Positions 1 to 9,556 of a DNA stretch of 64,000 nt are shown here, piece by piece. The position numbers and the translations under genes were made by a program. Source of the DNA: a candidate division WOR-3 bacterium (GTDB lineage Bacteria; Hydrothermota; Tepidihabitantia; B3-TA06); assembly GCA_965649265.1 (NCBI GenBank), contig CBFGKC010000003.1, positions 117,641 to 181,640 on the forward strand, in the 5' to 3' direction. Every line of letters begins with the position of its first letter. Positions within the stretch are counted from its first letter, which is position 1. Under the pieces are notes generated by a model that did no database searches, was not told where the DNA came from, and saw only the letters and a list, made by a program, of their open reading frames with translations.

Positions 1-6
1 GGCGTT

Positions 7-423
7 ATGGAAACTACACCTGAAGTCTCCAAGAGAATGAAACGAGTTCCGAGAAGCGGGACTAAGCTTGAAGTAGCTATGGAGGGAATCCTTAATGATC
101 TCGGTATTAAATACGAGAGTCAACCTAAGATACTCAAGGCTTCCCCTGATTTTCGTTTGAAGGGAACCAATGTCTTGGTCTTTTGCGATAGTTCCTTTTG
201 GCACGGCAAGAGAAAAAGAGAATTATCCGGCGAGGCTTTCAGTAGGAATCGTGAATACTGGATCGAGAAATTGAACACCAATAAACGGAGAGACCAGCGA
301 ATCAATAGAAGGCTGCGCAGAGCAAGGTGGTCGGTGCATCGTTTCCTGGATGTCGACGTCTTGAAGAAACCCGACAAAGTGATTCGAAGACTTCGGAGGA
401 TCATAAATGACTACTCAGAATAA
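7..423 (+). CDS. vsr: Very short patch repair (Vsr) endonuclease
   Basis: SKRMKRV..GTKLE start, PDF, DSSFWHG and YWIEKLNTNKRRD motifs; directly upstream of a C5 methyltransferase. Confidence 0.93.
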   Translation: METTPEVSKRMKRVPRSGTKLEVAMEGILNDLGIKYESQPKILKASPDFRLKGTNVLVFCDSSFWHGKRKRELSGEAFSRNREYWIEKLNTNKRRDQRINRRLRRARWSVHRFLDVDVLKKPDKVIRRLRRIINDYSE

Positions 424-1504
424 AACCTTAACGGCAGTCGATTTGTTCAGTGGCGCTGGCGGATTGACGTTAGGTTTAAAGCAGGCTGGAATCAATGTAG
501 TAGCCGCAGTCGAAATCGATCCTCGAATAGCACGAACTTATAATACTAACCATCCAGAAGTTAGACTTCTAATCAAAGACGTTCGTGACGTTACGGGGAA
601 AGAAATTCTCAAGGAGGCTAAAGTAAAACGGATTGATCTTGTGACTGGTTGTCCTCCTTGCCAAGGGTTTTCTAAATTGACGTACAAATATAGAAGAGAA
701 GACCCCAGGAATGGACTCGTCATTGAAATGGCAAGATTGATCGAAGAGCTTAAGCCTAAGATAGTGATGATGGAAAATGTTCCCGGTATAGACACGCGAG
801 GTAAAACGATTCTAGATCGATTCATCGAAAGATTGAAAGTCAATGGGTATGTCATAAATAGAGGCATTTTGCAGATGGCAGATTTCGGAGTACCTCAATC
901 TCGGAGAAGATTCGTATTAGTAGCGGGTAGAGGTTTCGAAATTCCATTACCTCCGAGTACTCATAGTCTCAAGGGAGACAAAGAAAGGGAGTTATTCCCG
1001 TGGGTAACGATCGGAGAAGTAATCAAATATATGAAATTCCCCGTAAAGTTTTCGGAAGCAAAACGAATGGGTGGTGCTCAATTATTCGATTGGCATGTCA
1101 TCAGTGATTTACATGAAATTAGCATCCGGAGACTCAAGGTTTTGGATTCGGGAGGAAATAGGGCCGCACTACCCAAGGAACTAAGACCCCCATGTCACCA
1201 AAACAGAGATAGGGGGTTCGATAACGTCTATGGAAGACTCAGATGGGACATGGTCGCACCAACCATCACGAGAGGATTTACTACTACTTGCATGGGAAGA
1301 TTCGGTCACCCCGAAGAACTGAGAACATTATCCGTCAGAGAAGCCGCCCTGTTGCAGACTTTTCCGTTGAATTACAGATTCGAAGCTGAATTCCTTAAAA
1401 CGGCTTGCGACTTGGTTGGTAATGCTTTGCCGCCAAAATTCGCAAAACTCTTGACTTTGACTTGCTTAAAAGCCTTCGAGGCCTATCGAGGAGGAGTAAC
1501 ATGA
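407..1504 (+). CDS. dcm: DNA (cytosine-5)-methyltransferase
   Basis: Motifs DLFSGAGG, GCPPCQGFS, MENV, QSRRRF, LSVREAALLQTFP, GNAL. Confidence 0.96.
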   Translation: MTTQNKTLTAVDLFSGAGGLTLGLKQAGINVVAAVEIDPRIARTYNTNHPEVRLLIKDVRDVTGKEILKEAKVKRIDLVTGCPPCQGFSKLTYKYRREDPRNGLVIEMARLIEELKPKIVMMENVPGIDTRGKTILDRFIERLKVNGYVINRGILQMADFGVPQSRRRFVLVAGRGFEIPLPPSTHSLKGDKERELFPWVTIGEVIKYMKFPVKFSEAKRMGGAQLFDWHVISDLHEISIRRLKVLDSGGNRAALPKELRPPCHQNRDRGFDNVYGRLRWDMVAPTITRGFTTTCMGRFGHPEELRTLSVREAALLQTFPLNYRFEAEFLKTACDLVGNALPPKFAKLLTLTCLKAFEAYRGGVT

Positions 1505-3399
1505 GAAAAAACTTTTACATGGAATTCGAACCGAATACTATCGAACACTTAGGGCAAAAATTATATTCGACCTTGCCTCCCGTTATGGGAGAATTAGTTT
1601 CCAATTCTTGGGATGCCGATTCAAAAAAAGTCGAGATAACTCTTCCGATCGGGGAGATAACGTCTCAGTCAGAAATCGTCATCAAAGATTGGGGACACGG
1701 TATGAACGATGGTGATTTGCAAGATAAATATCTCATAATAGGGCTGAACCGTCGTGAAGTAGAGGGAACGGATAAGTCTCCTGGTGGAAGATATTTAATG
1801 GGAAGAAAAGGATTGGGGAAGTTATCAGCTTTCGGTATCGCTACTCTCTTAGAAATTAGAACCATTAAGGACAAGGAAGCTATTTGCATCAGGTTGGATT
1901 ATGAGGAAATGAAAAAATGGCCCAGAAAAAAACCTTACGAACCAAAAATCGTGACTGAACGTTGCGGCAAAACTACAGAGAAAAAAGGCACAGAAATACG
2001 AATAAAAAGGCTAACTCGAAAAACACCGATCACAGAAGAATATCTAGACAGTTTCAGGAAGAACTTGGCTAGAAGATTTTCAGTGATAGGCAAAGATTTT
2101 GCGGTAGTAGTTAACGGATATGAATTGACTGCTAAAGATAGACGATTGAAGGAAGAATGTAGGAAAGCATGGGACGTTAGCGAATTACCTAACGGGGGTA
2201 TCGTGGATGAAACGAATAATCTGCATGTTACAGGATGGATAGGTCTGGTGAGTAGGTCTTCTCGTAAAGACACTGGCGTAGACATATTCGCAAAAGGTAA
2301 AGCCGCAGAATTAGGAACATTCTTCGAAAAGACGACGGATATCCAATTTTCTCAAGCTTATATATTGGGAGAAGTACATGCCGATTTCCTCGACGTTGTT
2401 GATAGTATAGCTACTGCCCGAAACTCAGTACATTGGGAAACGGATTCAGGTCAAAAACTCAAAGAATGGGGTACGAAAGCACTTCGTTTCGTTTCTCAGC
2501 AGTGGTTAGAATTACAACGTCAAGAAAAGGAAGAGAAGGTCATCAAAATTTCTGGCTTCGACGCATGGTTAGAGACACGGAATAAACGTGAACAAAAAAT
2601 AGCAAAGAAACTCCTCAAGGCGATCGTCGAAGACGAGAAAGTGGATCCTGAATCATCTGGTCCCTTGATCGACATCATCAAGACCAATATCGAACAACAA
2701 GCGTTTTTGGAATTAGTAGACGAAATCGAGGAATCAGGCATTAGTATAGAAACGCTTTTAAAATTATTCGAAGAGTGGCGTGTAGTACAAGCTCGTGACC
2801 TTTTAAAACTCTTCGATGGTCGGCATGAAGTCATGAAAAAACTCTATACCTACATTCATGAAGGAGCCCTGGAAGTCCAGAAGATCCAACCTCTTTTTGA
2901 ACGAGAAGGTTGGCTTATCGATTCAACTTGGATAGATGTTACCGGTCAAACGCGCTATTCAGATCTACTAAGAGTTAATTTTCCAGAATCACCTAAACTA
3001 GAAGAAAAAGATCGCAGGATCGACATTTTAGGTTATCATGCAGGCGGTGAGGTACGAATCGTAGAACTCAAGAGACCAGAAAAGATATTGCAATACAAAG
3101 ACCTAAATCAAATAGAAGAGTATGTTAGATGGGCGAAAACAGAATGGTTAGGAACTGGACGGGATTCACCGAAATTCATTAGTGGTTTATTGGTAGTTGG
3201 GGATTTAAGTCATGATGGAAAAGTATCGGATAAAATGATAAGTTTAGCAGGTGAGAACATTAGAGTCGAAACTTTCCTGGATATATACAATAGGGCAAAG
3301 AATGTTTATGGAGATCATCAAAAAAGATTGAAATCTCTAGCTCCTGAGTATTCACGGGAAGCAAGACGTAAGGCAAAGGAAAAGACTTCTGTAAAATAA
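1501..3399 (+). CDS. GHKL (MORC/HSP90-like) ATPase fused to a C-terminal PD-(D/E)xK nuclease-like domain; probable restriction component
   Basis: ELVSNSWDAD, DWGHGM, GRKGLGKLS and GTEI Bergerat motifs; C-terminal RRIDILG...IVELKRP; ATG at 1501 overlaps the dcm stop (ATGA). Confidence 0.85.
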   Translation: MRKNFYMEFEPNTIEHLGQKLYSTLPPVMGELVSNSWDADSKKVEITLPIGEITSQSEIVIKDWGHGMNDGDLQDKYLIIGLNRREVEGTDKSPGGRYLMGRKGLGKLSAFGIATLLEIRTIKDKEAICIRLDYEEMKKWPRKKPYEPKIVTERCGKTTEKKGTEIRIKRLTRKTPITEEYLDSFRKNLARRFSVIGKDFAVVVNGYELTAKDRRLKEECRKAWDVSELPNGGIVDETNNLHVTGWIGLVSRSSRKDTGVDIFAKGKAAELGTFFEKTTDIQFSQAYILGEVHADFLDVVDSIATARNSVHWETDSGQKLKEWGTKALRFVSQQWLELQRQEKEEKVIKISGFDAWLETRNKREQKIAKKLLKAIVEDEKVDPESSGPLIDIIKTNIEQQAFLELVDEIEESGISIETLLKLFEEWRVVQARDLLKLFDGRHEVMKKLYTYIHEGALEVQKIQPLFEREGWLIDSTWIDVTGQTRYSDLLRVNFPESPKLEEKDRRIDILGYHAGGEVRIVELKRPEKILQYKDLNQIEEYVRWAKTEWLGTGRDSPKFISGLLVVGDLSHDGKVSDKMISLAGENIRVETFLDIYNRAKNVYGDHQKRLKSLAPEYSREARRKAKEKTSVK

Positions 3400-4100
3400 T
3401 GAAAGTGCTTCCTTTCTGGATCTGGTTCACTATTTCTAAAAAAAAATCTCAAGAAGAGCTTTACCGAACCGATCGGCAAGGTGCACCTGATCTAAAAAAG
3501 TCTCCATATCAATTTGGCCAACGTTTAACGCTTCCCCAAAACTACTGGGACGGTGGTCCTTGGGCTATGCCAAAATACAAAATATCCGCAGATGATCCAG
3601 GAGGCCCTAAGTCACGACTTTTCATTCGGCTTCAACAAATGGGGTGTGATCGGAGTAGACCTTTCTATATTCCTCGAAGGTTTTTCCCACGAGGTTCCGG
3701 CCTGAATTGGCGTTATGAAATACTCAGAAGGCGTTTCGAGTTATCGACCGACGATGCGAAGCTCGTGATCTCGATAGAGGAAGAGAAGGAATATACCGAT
3801 TCCGCCCTCAAGGTGGCTAAACACAGGGAACGGCAAGATATAGAGTCAGTCTTAACCCTTCCTGGTGGCGACTGCCAAGGAATGAGTTTCGAGTGCTATA
3901 AAGCCCTTAAAGAGATGTTCCCTTATGCCGAGGTGCTCCGAATACCCAAGGAACCAGAAGACTTCTGGCCGACCGAACTCGTGACTTTCTTCAGGAGAAC
4001 AAATTACTTGGGAAGGACATGGAATGTGCCTCACCGACCACCTAGAAATGTAACCTTTTTACCCCTAAAAGAGGCCTCTCAACCCCAACCTGCCATGTAA
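3399..4100 (+). CDS. Hypothetical protein translationally coupled to the ATPase-nuclease
   Basis: 233-aa ORF with TAATG stop/start overlap; no recognisable motif. Confidence 0.5.
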   Translation: MKVLPFWIWFTISKKKSQEELYRTDRQGAPDLKKSPYQFGQRLTLPQNYWDGGPWAMPKYKISADDPGGPKSRLFIRLQQMGCDRSRPFYIPRRFFPRGSGLNWRYEILRRRFELSTDDAKLVISIEEEKEYTDSALKVAKHRERQDIESVLTLPGGDCQGMSFECYKALKEMFPYAEVLRIPKEPEDFWPTELVTFFRRTNYLGRTWNVPHRPPRNVTFLPLKEASQPQPAM

Positions 4101-4233
4101 CCTTTTTCGTGATTTTTGCAGTTCAAATTACATAATGTTCGTGGATTTTCCAAATAGACTTTACATAGTCCGCGACACAAGTTACTAGCACGACTGATCG
4201 GCACCGCGACCTGAAGCGGCGGGGAATAGGCAG

Positions 4234-5511
4234 CTAAAACGTAAATCTGCGATTTCCGAGAATGACCTGTTCTACCTTGCCCTTTAACGACTTTCCGAAC
4301 CACGGGGAGTTTCGCGAACGTGAACGGTTGGTCGCCGCGTCAAAGATCCAACGCGAATTCGGGTCGAAGACGATAAGATCGGCCTCGGCGCCCTGTGTCA
4401 ATTCGACCTTTCTGCCGATCACATTGGCCGGACCGACGGTGAAAAGCGAAAGCAGGAGTTCGGGTTTGAGGATTCCCTGATCAACCATTTTCTCCCACAA
4501 CACCGAAAGGGCGGTTTGCAGACCTATCATCCCAGAGGGCGCGATATCCATTTCCTGTTCTTTTTCCTCGACTGAATGCGGGGCGTGATCGGTGGCAATG
4601 GCCTGGATCGTTCCGTCCAGGAGCCCGCCGACGAGTGCATTCCGATCCCTCTCCGTCCTAAGCGGCGGGTTAACCTTGTAACTGGAATCGAAAGAGAACA
4701 TTGACTCATCGGTGAACAGGAGGTGGTGCGGTGTAACTTCGGCCGTAACCTTGATACCGTCCGCGCGGGCTTTCCTGACAAGTTCCACGCCTTTCCCGGT
4801 CGAAAGGTGCGCCACGTGCAGATGAGAGCCGGTGTACTCGGCGAGCGCGACATCCCTTCTCAAGGCTATCTCCTCGGCGATGGACGGCCTCGTGCGAAAT
4901 CCAAGAATCGTCGAAACACTTCCCTCGTTCATTACGCCGTTCTCGCACATCGTCGGTTCCTCCGCGTGAGTGATTACGGGAATGCCCAGCATGCCTGCGT
5001 ACTCCAGAGCATGCCGCATGACCTCGGATGAGCGCACCCAGTCACCGTCGTCGGATACTGCGATCGCGCCGCCTTCCTTAAGGAGCGCGTATTCCGAAAT
5101 CTCCTCGCCCTTTCTGCCCTTCGTGATTGCGCCCACGGGCAAAATGCGAGCCAGCCTCAGGGCGTCGGACCTGTTCTTGATGAAAGCCGCCTGCTCGCGT
5201 GAATCCAGCGCGGGCTCCGTGTTCGGCATGGCGCAGACGGTCGTGAAGCCTCCTGCGAGCGCCGCCCACGCGCCCGATTCGAGGTCCTCGGTGTCCTCCC
5301 TGCCCGGTTCCCTCAAATGCGAATGCAAATCCGTCAGGCCTGGACTCACTATCTTGCCCTCGGCCTCGATCACCTCAAACCCGTCCGCGGGTGCAAGCCT
5401 TGCGTCTATCCGGGTGACGACACCGCCCTCTATTTGCACGTCCGCCTTGCGGATAATGCGTTCGCCCGGGAAAAAAACTTCTCCTCCACGGATAAGATAT
5501 CTAGCGCTCAA
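4234..5511 (-). CDS. pyrC: Dihydroorotase
   Basis: DLHSHLREPG, MPNT, HAEE, EVTPHHL, KVNPPLR and ATDHAPH motifs; TTG start at 5511 after GGAGG is preferred over 5526. Confidence 0.95.
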   Translation of the reverse strand: MSARYLIRGGEVFFPGERIIRKADVQIEGGVVTRIDARLAPADGFEVIEAEGKIVSPGLTDLHSHLREPGREDTEDLESGAWAALAGGFTTVCAMPNTEPALDSREQAAFIKNRSDALRLARILPVGAITKGRKGEEISEYALLKEGGAIAVSDDGDWVRSSEVMRHALEYAGMLGIPVITHAEEPTMCENGVMNEGSVSTILGFRTRPSIAEEIALRRDVALAEYTGSHLHVAHLSTGKGVELVRKARADGIKVTAEVTPHHLLFTDESMFSFDSSYKVNPPLRTERDRNALVGGLLDGTIQAIATDHAPHSVEEKEQEMDIAPSGMIGLQTALSVLWEKMVDQGILKPELLLSLFTVGPANVIGRKVELTQGAEADLIVFDPNSRWIFDAATNRSRSRNSPWFGKSLKGKVEQVILGNRRFTF

Positions 5512-6436
5512 GTTCGCCTCCTGCAAGAATGTAAAGAACCGCCATCCGCACCGCGACGCCCGCGCGAACCTGAGCCAGAACCACCGAGTTCGGCCCGTCG
5601 GCCACGTCCGCGTCTATCTCCACACCGCGGTTCATGGGCCCGGGATGCATAACGACCGCATCCGGTCTGGCCTTCTTCAACCGCTGCGACGTCAGGCAAT
5701 AAAGGTTTCGGTATTCCCTGATGGACGGGAACAAACTCCGCCTCTGTCTCTCCAGCTGCAGCCTGAGCATCATTACTATATCGGCGCCTTCTATGGCGCG
5801 ATCGAAATTCTCTTCCACCTCGACCATCGGAAAGGCCGCCTTGATGTCCCTCGGCAGAAGGGTCGCCGGCCCGCAGACCGTTACCGCTGCATTCATGGCC
5901 GAAAAACCGATTATGCCCGACCGGGCCACTCGCGAGTGAGCGATGTCGCCGACTATGACGATTCTCTTGCCGTCGAGATTACCGAGTCTCTTGCGGGCCG
6001 AGAAAAGATCCAGGAGACCCTGCGTCGGGTGCTCGTGCGCCCCGTCCCCCGCGTTGACTACAAACGCATCCACTCTGTCAGCGACGAATTTAGCCGAACC
6101 CGGACACGCGTGCCTTATGACGACCCCGTCCACCCTCATCGATTCGATAGTCTTGACCGTGTCCAGAAGCGTTTCGCCCTTCTGGACGCTCGACGTCGAC
6201 TTGCTGAAGCTCACGACGTCAGCCGAAAGGCGCTTGCCCGCCATTCCGAAGGAGATGGAGGTTCTTGTGGAGGCTTCGTAAAACATGGCGAGGATGGTCT
6301 TTCCCCTCAGCGCGGGAACGAGAGGAATGGGCCTGTCGAGAACCTCGTGAAACCTCTCGGCGGAATCGAGAATATAGCCGATCTCGTCCGCGCTCATGCC
6401 CTCAAGCCCGAGAAGATGCTTGTATTTCCAGGTCAC
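5501..6436 (-). CDS. pyrB: Aspartate carbamoyltransferase catalytic subunit
   Basis: FYEASTRT, HPTQGLLD, RLQLER and MHPGPMNRG motifs. Confidence 0.97.
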   Translation of the reverse strand: MTWKYKHLLGLEGMSADEIGYILDSAERFHEVLDRPIPLVPALRGKTILAMFYEASTRTSISFGMAGKRLSADVVSFSKSTSSVQKGETLLDTVKTIESMRVDGVVIRHACPGSAKFVADRVDAFVVNAGDGAHEHPTQGLLDLFSARKRLGNLDGKRIVIVGDIAHSRVARSGIIGFSAMNAAVTVCGPATLLPRDIKAAFPMVEVEENFDRAIEGADIVMMLRLQLERQRRSLFPSIREYRNLYCLTSQRLKKARPDAVVMHPGPMNRGVEIDADVADGPNSVVLAQVRAGVAVRMAVLYILAGGELER

Positions 6437-6978
6437 TCGTCCTCCTCCTTCTTCTTGATGAAGATTCCTTCCCTGCCGTCCGTTTCCTCGAAATTTACGT
6501 CGATTATCTCGTCTCTTGCCGCCGGTATCTTTCGTCCCGTGAAATCGGCCCCTATCGGGAGCTCGCGGTGAATTCTATCCACCAGGACCGCCAGCTGTAT
6601 CATCTGCGGCCTTCCGAAATCGAGAATCTCGGACAGCGCCGCCCGGACGGTCCTGCCGGTGAAGAGAACATCATCCACGAGCACGACTATCTTTCCGTTT
6701 ATATCGAACGGTATGGACGAAGCCTGAACGATGGGCATCTCGGCCGCAAGCTGGAGGTCGTCACGGTAAAGGGTAATGTCAATGGCCCCGACGGGGACTT
6801 CACGCCCCTCGAGTCTTTTCAGTTCCAGGGCAAGTCTTCGGGCAAGTACGTCTCCTCGGCGAACGACTCCCACCAGGGTTAATTCTTCTATTCCCTTGTT
6901 GCGCTCGACTATCTGCGTCGCTATTCGGGTTATCATGCGGCCTATTTCGGCCGCATCGGCGAGTCGGTGTTCGCTCAT
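6433..6978 (-). CDS. pyrR: Bifunctional pyr regulator / uracil phosphoribosyltransferase PyrR
   Basis: DITLYRDD, VLVDDVLFTGRTVRAAL, LVDRIHRELPI. Confidence 0.96.
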   Translation of the reverse strand: MSEHRLADAAEIGRMITRIATQIVERNKGIEELTLVGVVRRGDVLARRLALELKRLEGREVPVGAIDITLYRDDLQLAAEMPIVQASSIPFDINGKIVVLVDDVLFTGRTVRAALSEILDFGRPQMIQLAVLVDRIHRELPIGADFTGRKIPAARDEIIDVNFEETDGREGIFIKKKEEDE

Positions 6979-6994
6979 TCCCGTTCCTATTGCG

Positions 6995-7252
6995 CTACTT
7001 TGCCTGCGCGTCCTGATTCTTACTCTTGAAACGCAACAGCAAGGCGACAGGAATCACGACGCAGTAACCAAGAACGAGCATTATGGGCGCAAGGGTAATA
7101 GAACCGTTCCAGAGAAAAAGAAACCCGAGCCCGATTAGAACGACTGAGGTTCCAAGAAGCAGCCAGTTGACCAGGTGAAACCGCGGGGTCTTGACCACGC
7201 CCTGTTCGGACCTTCGCCTGTCCTGTTTCTTGGGTGATTTCTTGTCCGTCAT
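6995..7252 (-). CDS. Small two-TM membrane protein (DUF3098-like)
   Basis: ATG at 7252 overlaps the upstream stop; NWLLLG...ITLAPIMLVLGY pattern. Confidence 0.6.
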   Translation of the reverse strand: MTDKKSPKKQDRRRSEQGVVKTPRFHLVNWLLLGTSVVLIGLGFLFLWNGSITLAPIMLVLGYCVVIPVALLLRFKSKNQDAQAK

Positions 7253-8946
7253 TTGATCTCCTTTAACTCTTCGTTTTGAATTGAATAGATATGCAGACAC
7301 GGTTCCTGAGGGGAATCGGCAAAAACAAGCCTTCCCAGGGTTCCTCGCCTGTTGTCCAGCTGACGAAGCGCCCGGCACAGCGACTCTGATTTACCAGACG
7401 TGATCGCGTTTAGCACGAAATTGTATGCGTCGTATCCGAGCGCGGATTCCCAGTCCGGATTCCTGCTGTATCGCGCCTTGTATTGGCTGAAAAAGGTCTC
7501 GAACGAAATACTGGTTTCTATTTTGCAGGGCGGCGATGCGAACCATACGTTTTCAAAGGGGACCCCTCCCTGCCTTAAGATGTCGGCGTCCGCAAAATCG
7601 TCGATTCCGAGGATCCTGACCTTCAGGCGATAATAAGCTATCTCGGGAACCACGGATAAAAGCTCCTGTTTCGAAAACGGAATGAACACAGCCTGGACGG
7701 CATTGTGCCTGACCGCTATGATGGTCTTTTGCATCTCGGTCACTGTGTCGCTCAGGGACTGAGAGTACATGACCTTTCCGCCGCCGGATTCGACCGTTTT
7801 CGCGAAGATGTCGGCCAGAAGTTTCCCCTGATCGGTCCTGGGGTACAGTATTCCGAACTGGGTCATGCCCTGGGAGAGAGCATATCGGGCTATTGTCCTG
7901 GTCTCGAGTTCTGCGTAGGAGTTGAGCTGGAACAGACACTCGTACTGCGAGATCACACTCGGATCGGTGGAGGTGGGCGATATGACTACGATGCCCGACG
8001 GAGCCGCCGCTTTTGTCACCGCACCGACCCCGGACGAAGTCAGTGGTCCGATGATTATGTTGGCCCCCTCGCGGATAAGGAACTCCGCGCCCTTGAGGGC
8101 CTCACTGGGATCGGAGCGGGTGTCGTAGACCAGAAGACGAGTCGAGAACCCACCTTTCAGTGAAACCGCCAGATCAATACCTTCTTTGACTTTTAAACCG
8201 TAGCTCGAGAGACTTCCCGTGAAGGGAAGGAGCACACCGATAGTTATCTGCCCCTTGAGTGTCGAGGCTGCCTGCTGCTTTCCGCCTATCTTTTCCAGAT
8301 AGGGGCTCGATGGAAATCGTTTGCGAAGATCGGCATAGTAACGTTCCGAGGCCTGGTAATTCTCTATATCATAAGCGACAGTGCCGAGTCTGAATAAAAT
8401 CCACTCCGCGGCATCCTCTCCTTTATAGCGTTCATATATGTCTACGAGTACGTTGAAATCGTTTTCCCTTCCTAGTAGATTTTTAGCCTGTGCGGCTGCG
8501 GTTTCGCGTTCTTTCGAATTTTCAGAAAACTTGTAAACATCCAGATAAGATAGAAGTGCTTCATGGTAGCTTCCAAGATTGTTATAACCTTCAGCCAGGA
8601 TTATCTTTGTGCGGGGCAGGAGCTCGGAATGGGGGTAGTCTTTTTCTAGTTTCTGGACAGCACCTATGGCGTGGGGCCAGTCCTTCTTTTTAGCAAAAGA
8701 TAAAGAAGCAAGATAATATGCGTCGTCGACGAGTTGGGAACGAGGATAGCTTTTTATAACACCTGTAAAAGTTGAAATTGCTTTGTCATATTCTCCCTTT
8801 TGGTAAAACCCTTCACCTGTCTGAAAGAGAGCGCTTGCTTCTTGTTCGTATCGCTCGCGATTTATAAGCGGCAAAAAACACCCGGTAGTACTAAATAATA
8901 TTGATGCCGCGGTGACTGATAGAATCATGCGCATGCTTTTCATCAT
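7249..8946 (-). CDS. Lipoprotein with BamD-like TPRs and an LpoA/LppC-type periplasmic-binding fold
   Basis: Lipobox TTGC; TPR YPRSQLVDDAYY; IGVLLPFTG, IIGPLTS, ALGYDAY. Confidence 0.75.
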   Translation of the reverse strand: MMKSMRMILSVTAASILFSTTGCFLPLINRERYEQEASALFQTGEGFYQKGEYDKAISTFTGVIKSYPRSQLVDDAYYLASLSFAKKKDWPHAIGAVQKLEKDYPHSELLPRTKIILAEGYNNLGSYHEALLSYLDVYKFSENSKERETAAAQAKNLLGRENDFNVLVDIYERYKGEDAAEWILFRLGTVAYDIENYQASERYYADLRKRFPSSPYLEKIGGKQQAASTLKGQITIGVLLPFTGSLSSYGLKVKEGIDLAVSLKGGFSTRLLVYDTRSDPSEALKGAEFLIREGANIIIGPLTSSGVGAVTKAAAPSGIVVISPTSTDPSVISQYECLFQLNSYAELETRTIARYALSQGMTQFGILYPRTDQGKLLADIFAKTVESGGGKVMYSQSLSDTVTEMQKTIIAVRHNAVQAVFIPFSKQELLSVVPEIAYYRLKVRILGIDDFADADILRQGGVPFENVWFASPPCKIETSISFETFFSQYKARYSRNPDWESALGYDAYNFVLNAITSGKSESLCRALRQLDNRRGTLGRLVFADSPQEPCLHIYSIQNEELKEIK

Positions 8947-9452
8947 ACTTCTTTCTCTCCAAGGTGTTCTTTTGTGAGCTCGACGTAATGCTGGCCCGCT
9001 TGTCTTATCATCTCAATGGTTGAAGGGTCCAGGGATCTTTTTATCTCACCTGGTATTCCTACAACGAGACTACGAGGCGGGATCTGCATCTTTTCTCTAA
9101 CAACGCTGCCAGCGCCTATTACAGAACCATGACCAACTTGAACTCCGTCAAGAACTATTGCTCCCATTCCGATTAAACAGTCATCCTCTATTACGCATCC
9201 ATGTAATATGGCACCATGTCCAATGGTTACGCGATCACCCACAATAACCGGTAAGTCGTTTGTCACATGTAAGACGCAGTTATCTTGTACATTGGTTTCC
9301 TTGCCGATTTTAATGTAATTAAGATCTCCACGCAGAACCGCGTTATACCATACACTAGATAATTCGCCGAGTTCGACTTTGCCTATTATATGTGCACCAG
9401 AAGCGATAAAGCAGCGTTTGGTAATTATGCTTGGTTTTTCTATTTCAGGCAT
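8943..9452 (-). CDS. Gamma carbonic anhydrase family protein
   Basis: AVLRGD, TNVQDNCVLH, TIGHGAILHGC hexapeptide repeats. Confidence 0.93.
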   Translation of the reverse strand: MPEIEKPSIITKRCFIASGAHIIGKVELGELSSVWYNAVLRGDLNYIKIGKETNVQDNCVLHVTNDLPVIVGDRVTIGHGAILHGCVIEDDCLIGMGAIVLDGVQVGHGSVIGAGSVVREKMQIPPRSLVVGIPGEIKRSLDPSTIEMIRQAGQHYVELTKEHLGEKEV

Positions 9453-9500
9453 CTTGACTGGATTTTACCGCATTCATTTGCAGAAGTCAAGCGCAGGCAC

Positions 9501-9529
9501 TTGACGAAGGGGTGATAATCCCTTATTAT
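9501..9529 (+). promoter_or_regulatory. Sigma70-like promoter of the giant histidine kinase
   Basis: TTGACG-N17-TATTAT, then GGAG RBS before the TTG start. Confidence 0.55.
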
Positions 9530-9556
9530 CTCAATATAATTACCTGGAGATAGCAT

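Noticed and set aside
1-3720. GGCGTTATG at 1 and 3709 as att or direct-repeat ends of the island
   Set aside because: Only 9 bp, one copy lies at the window edge, and no integrase is visible.
4970-6571. 533-aa plus-strand ORF
   Set aside because: Antisense shadow of the GC-rich pyrC/pyrB/pyrR genes with no protein motifs.
6979-6994. PyrR attenuator leader
   Set aside because: Only 16 nt separate pyrR from the upstream gene, and no AGTCCAGAGAG binding loop is seen.
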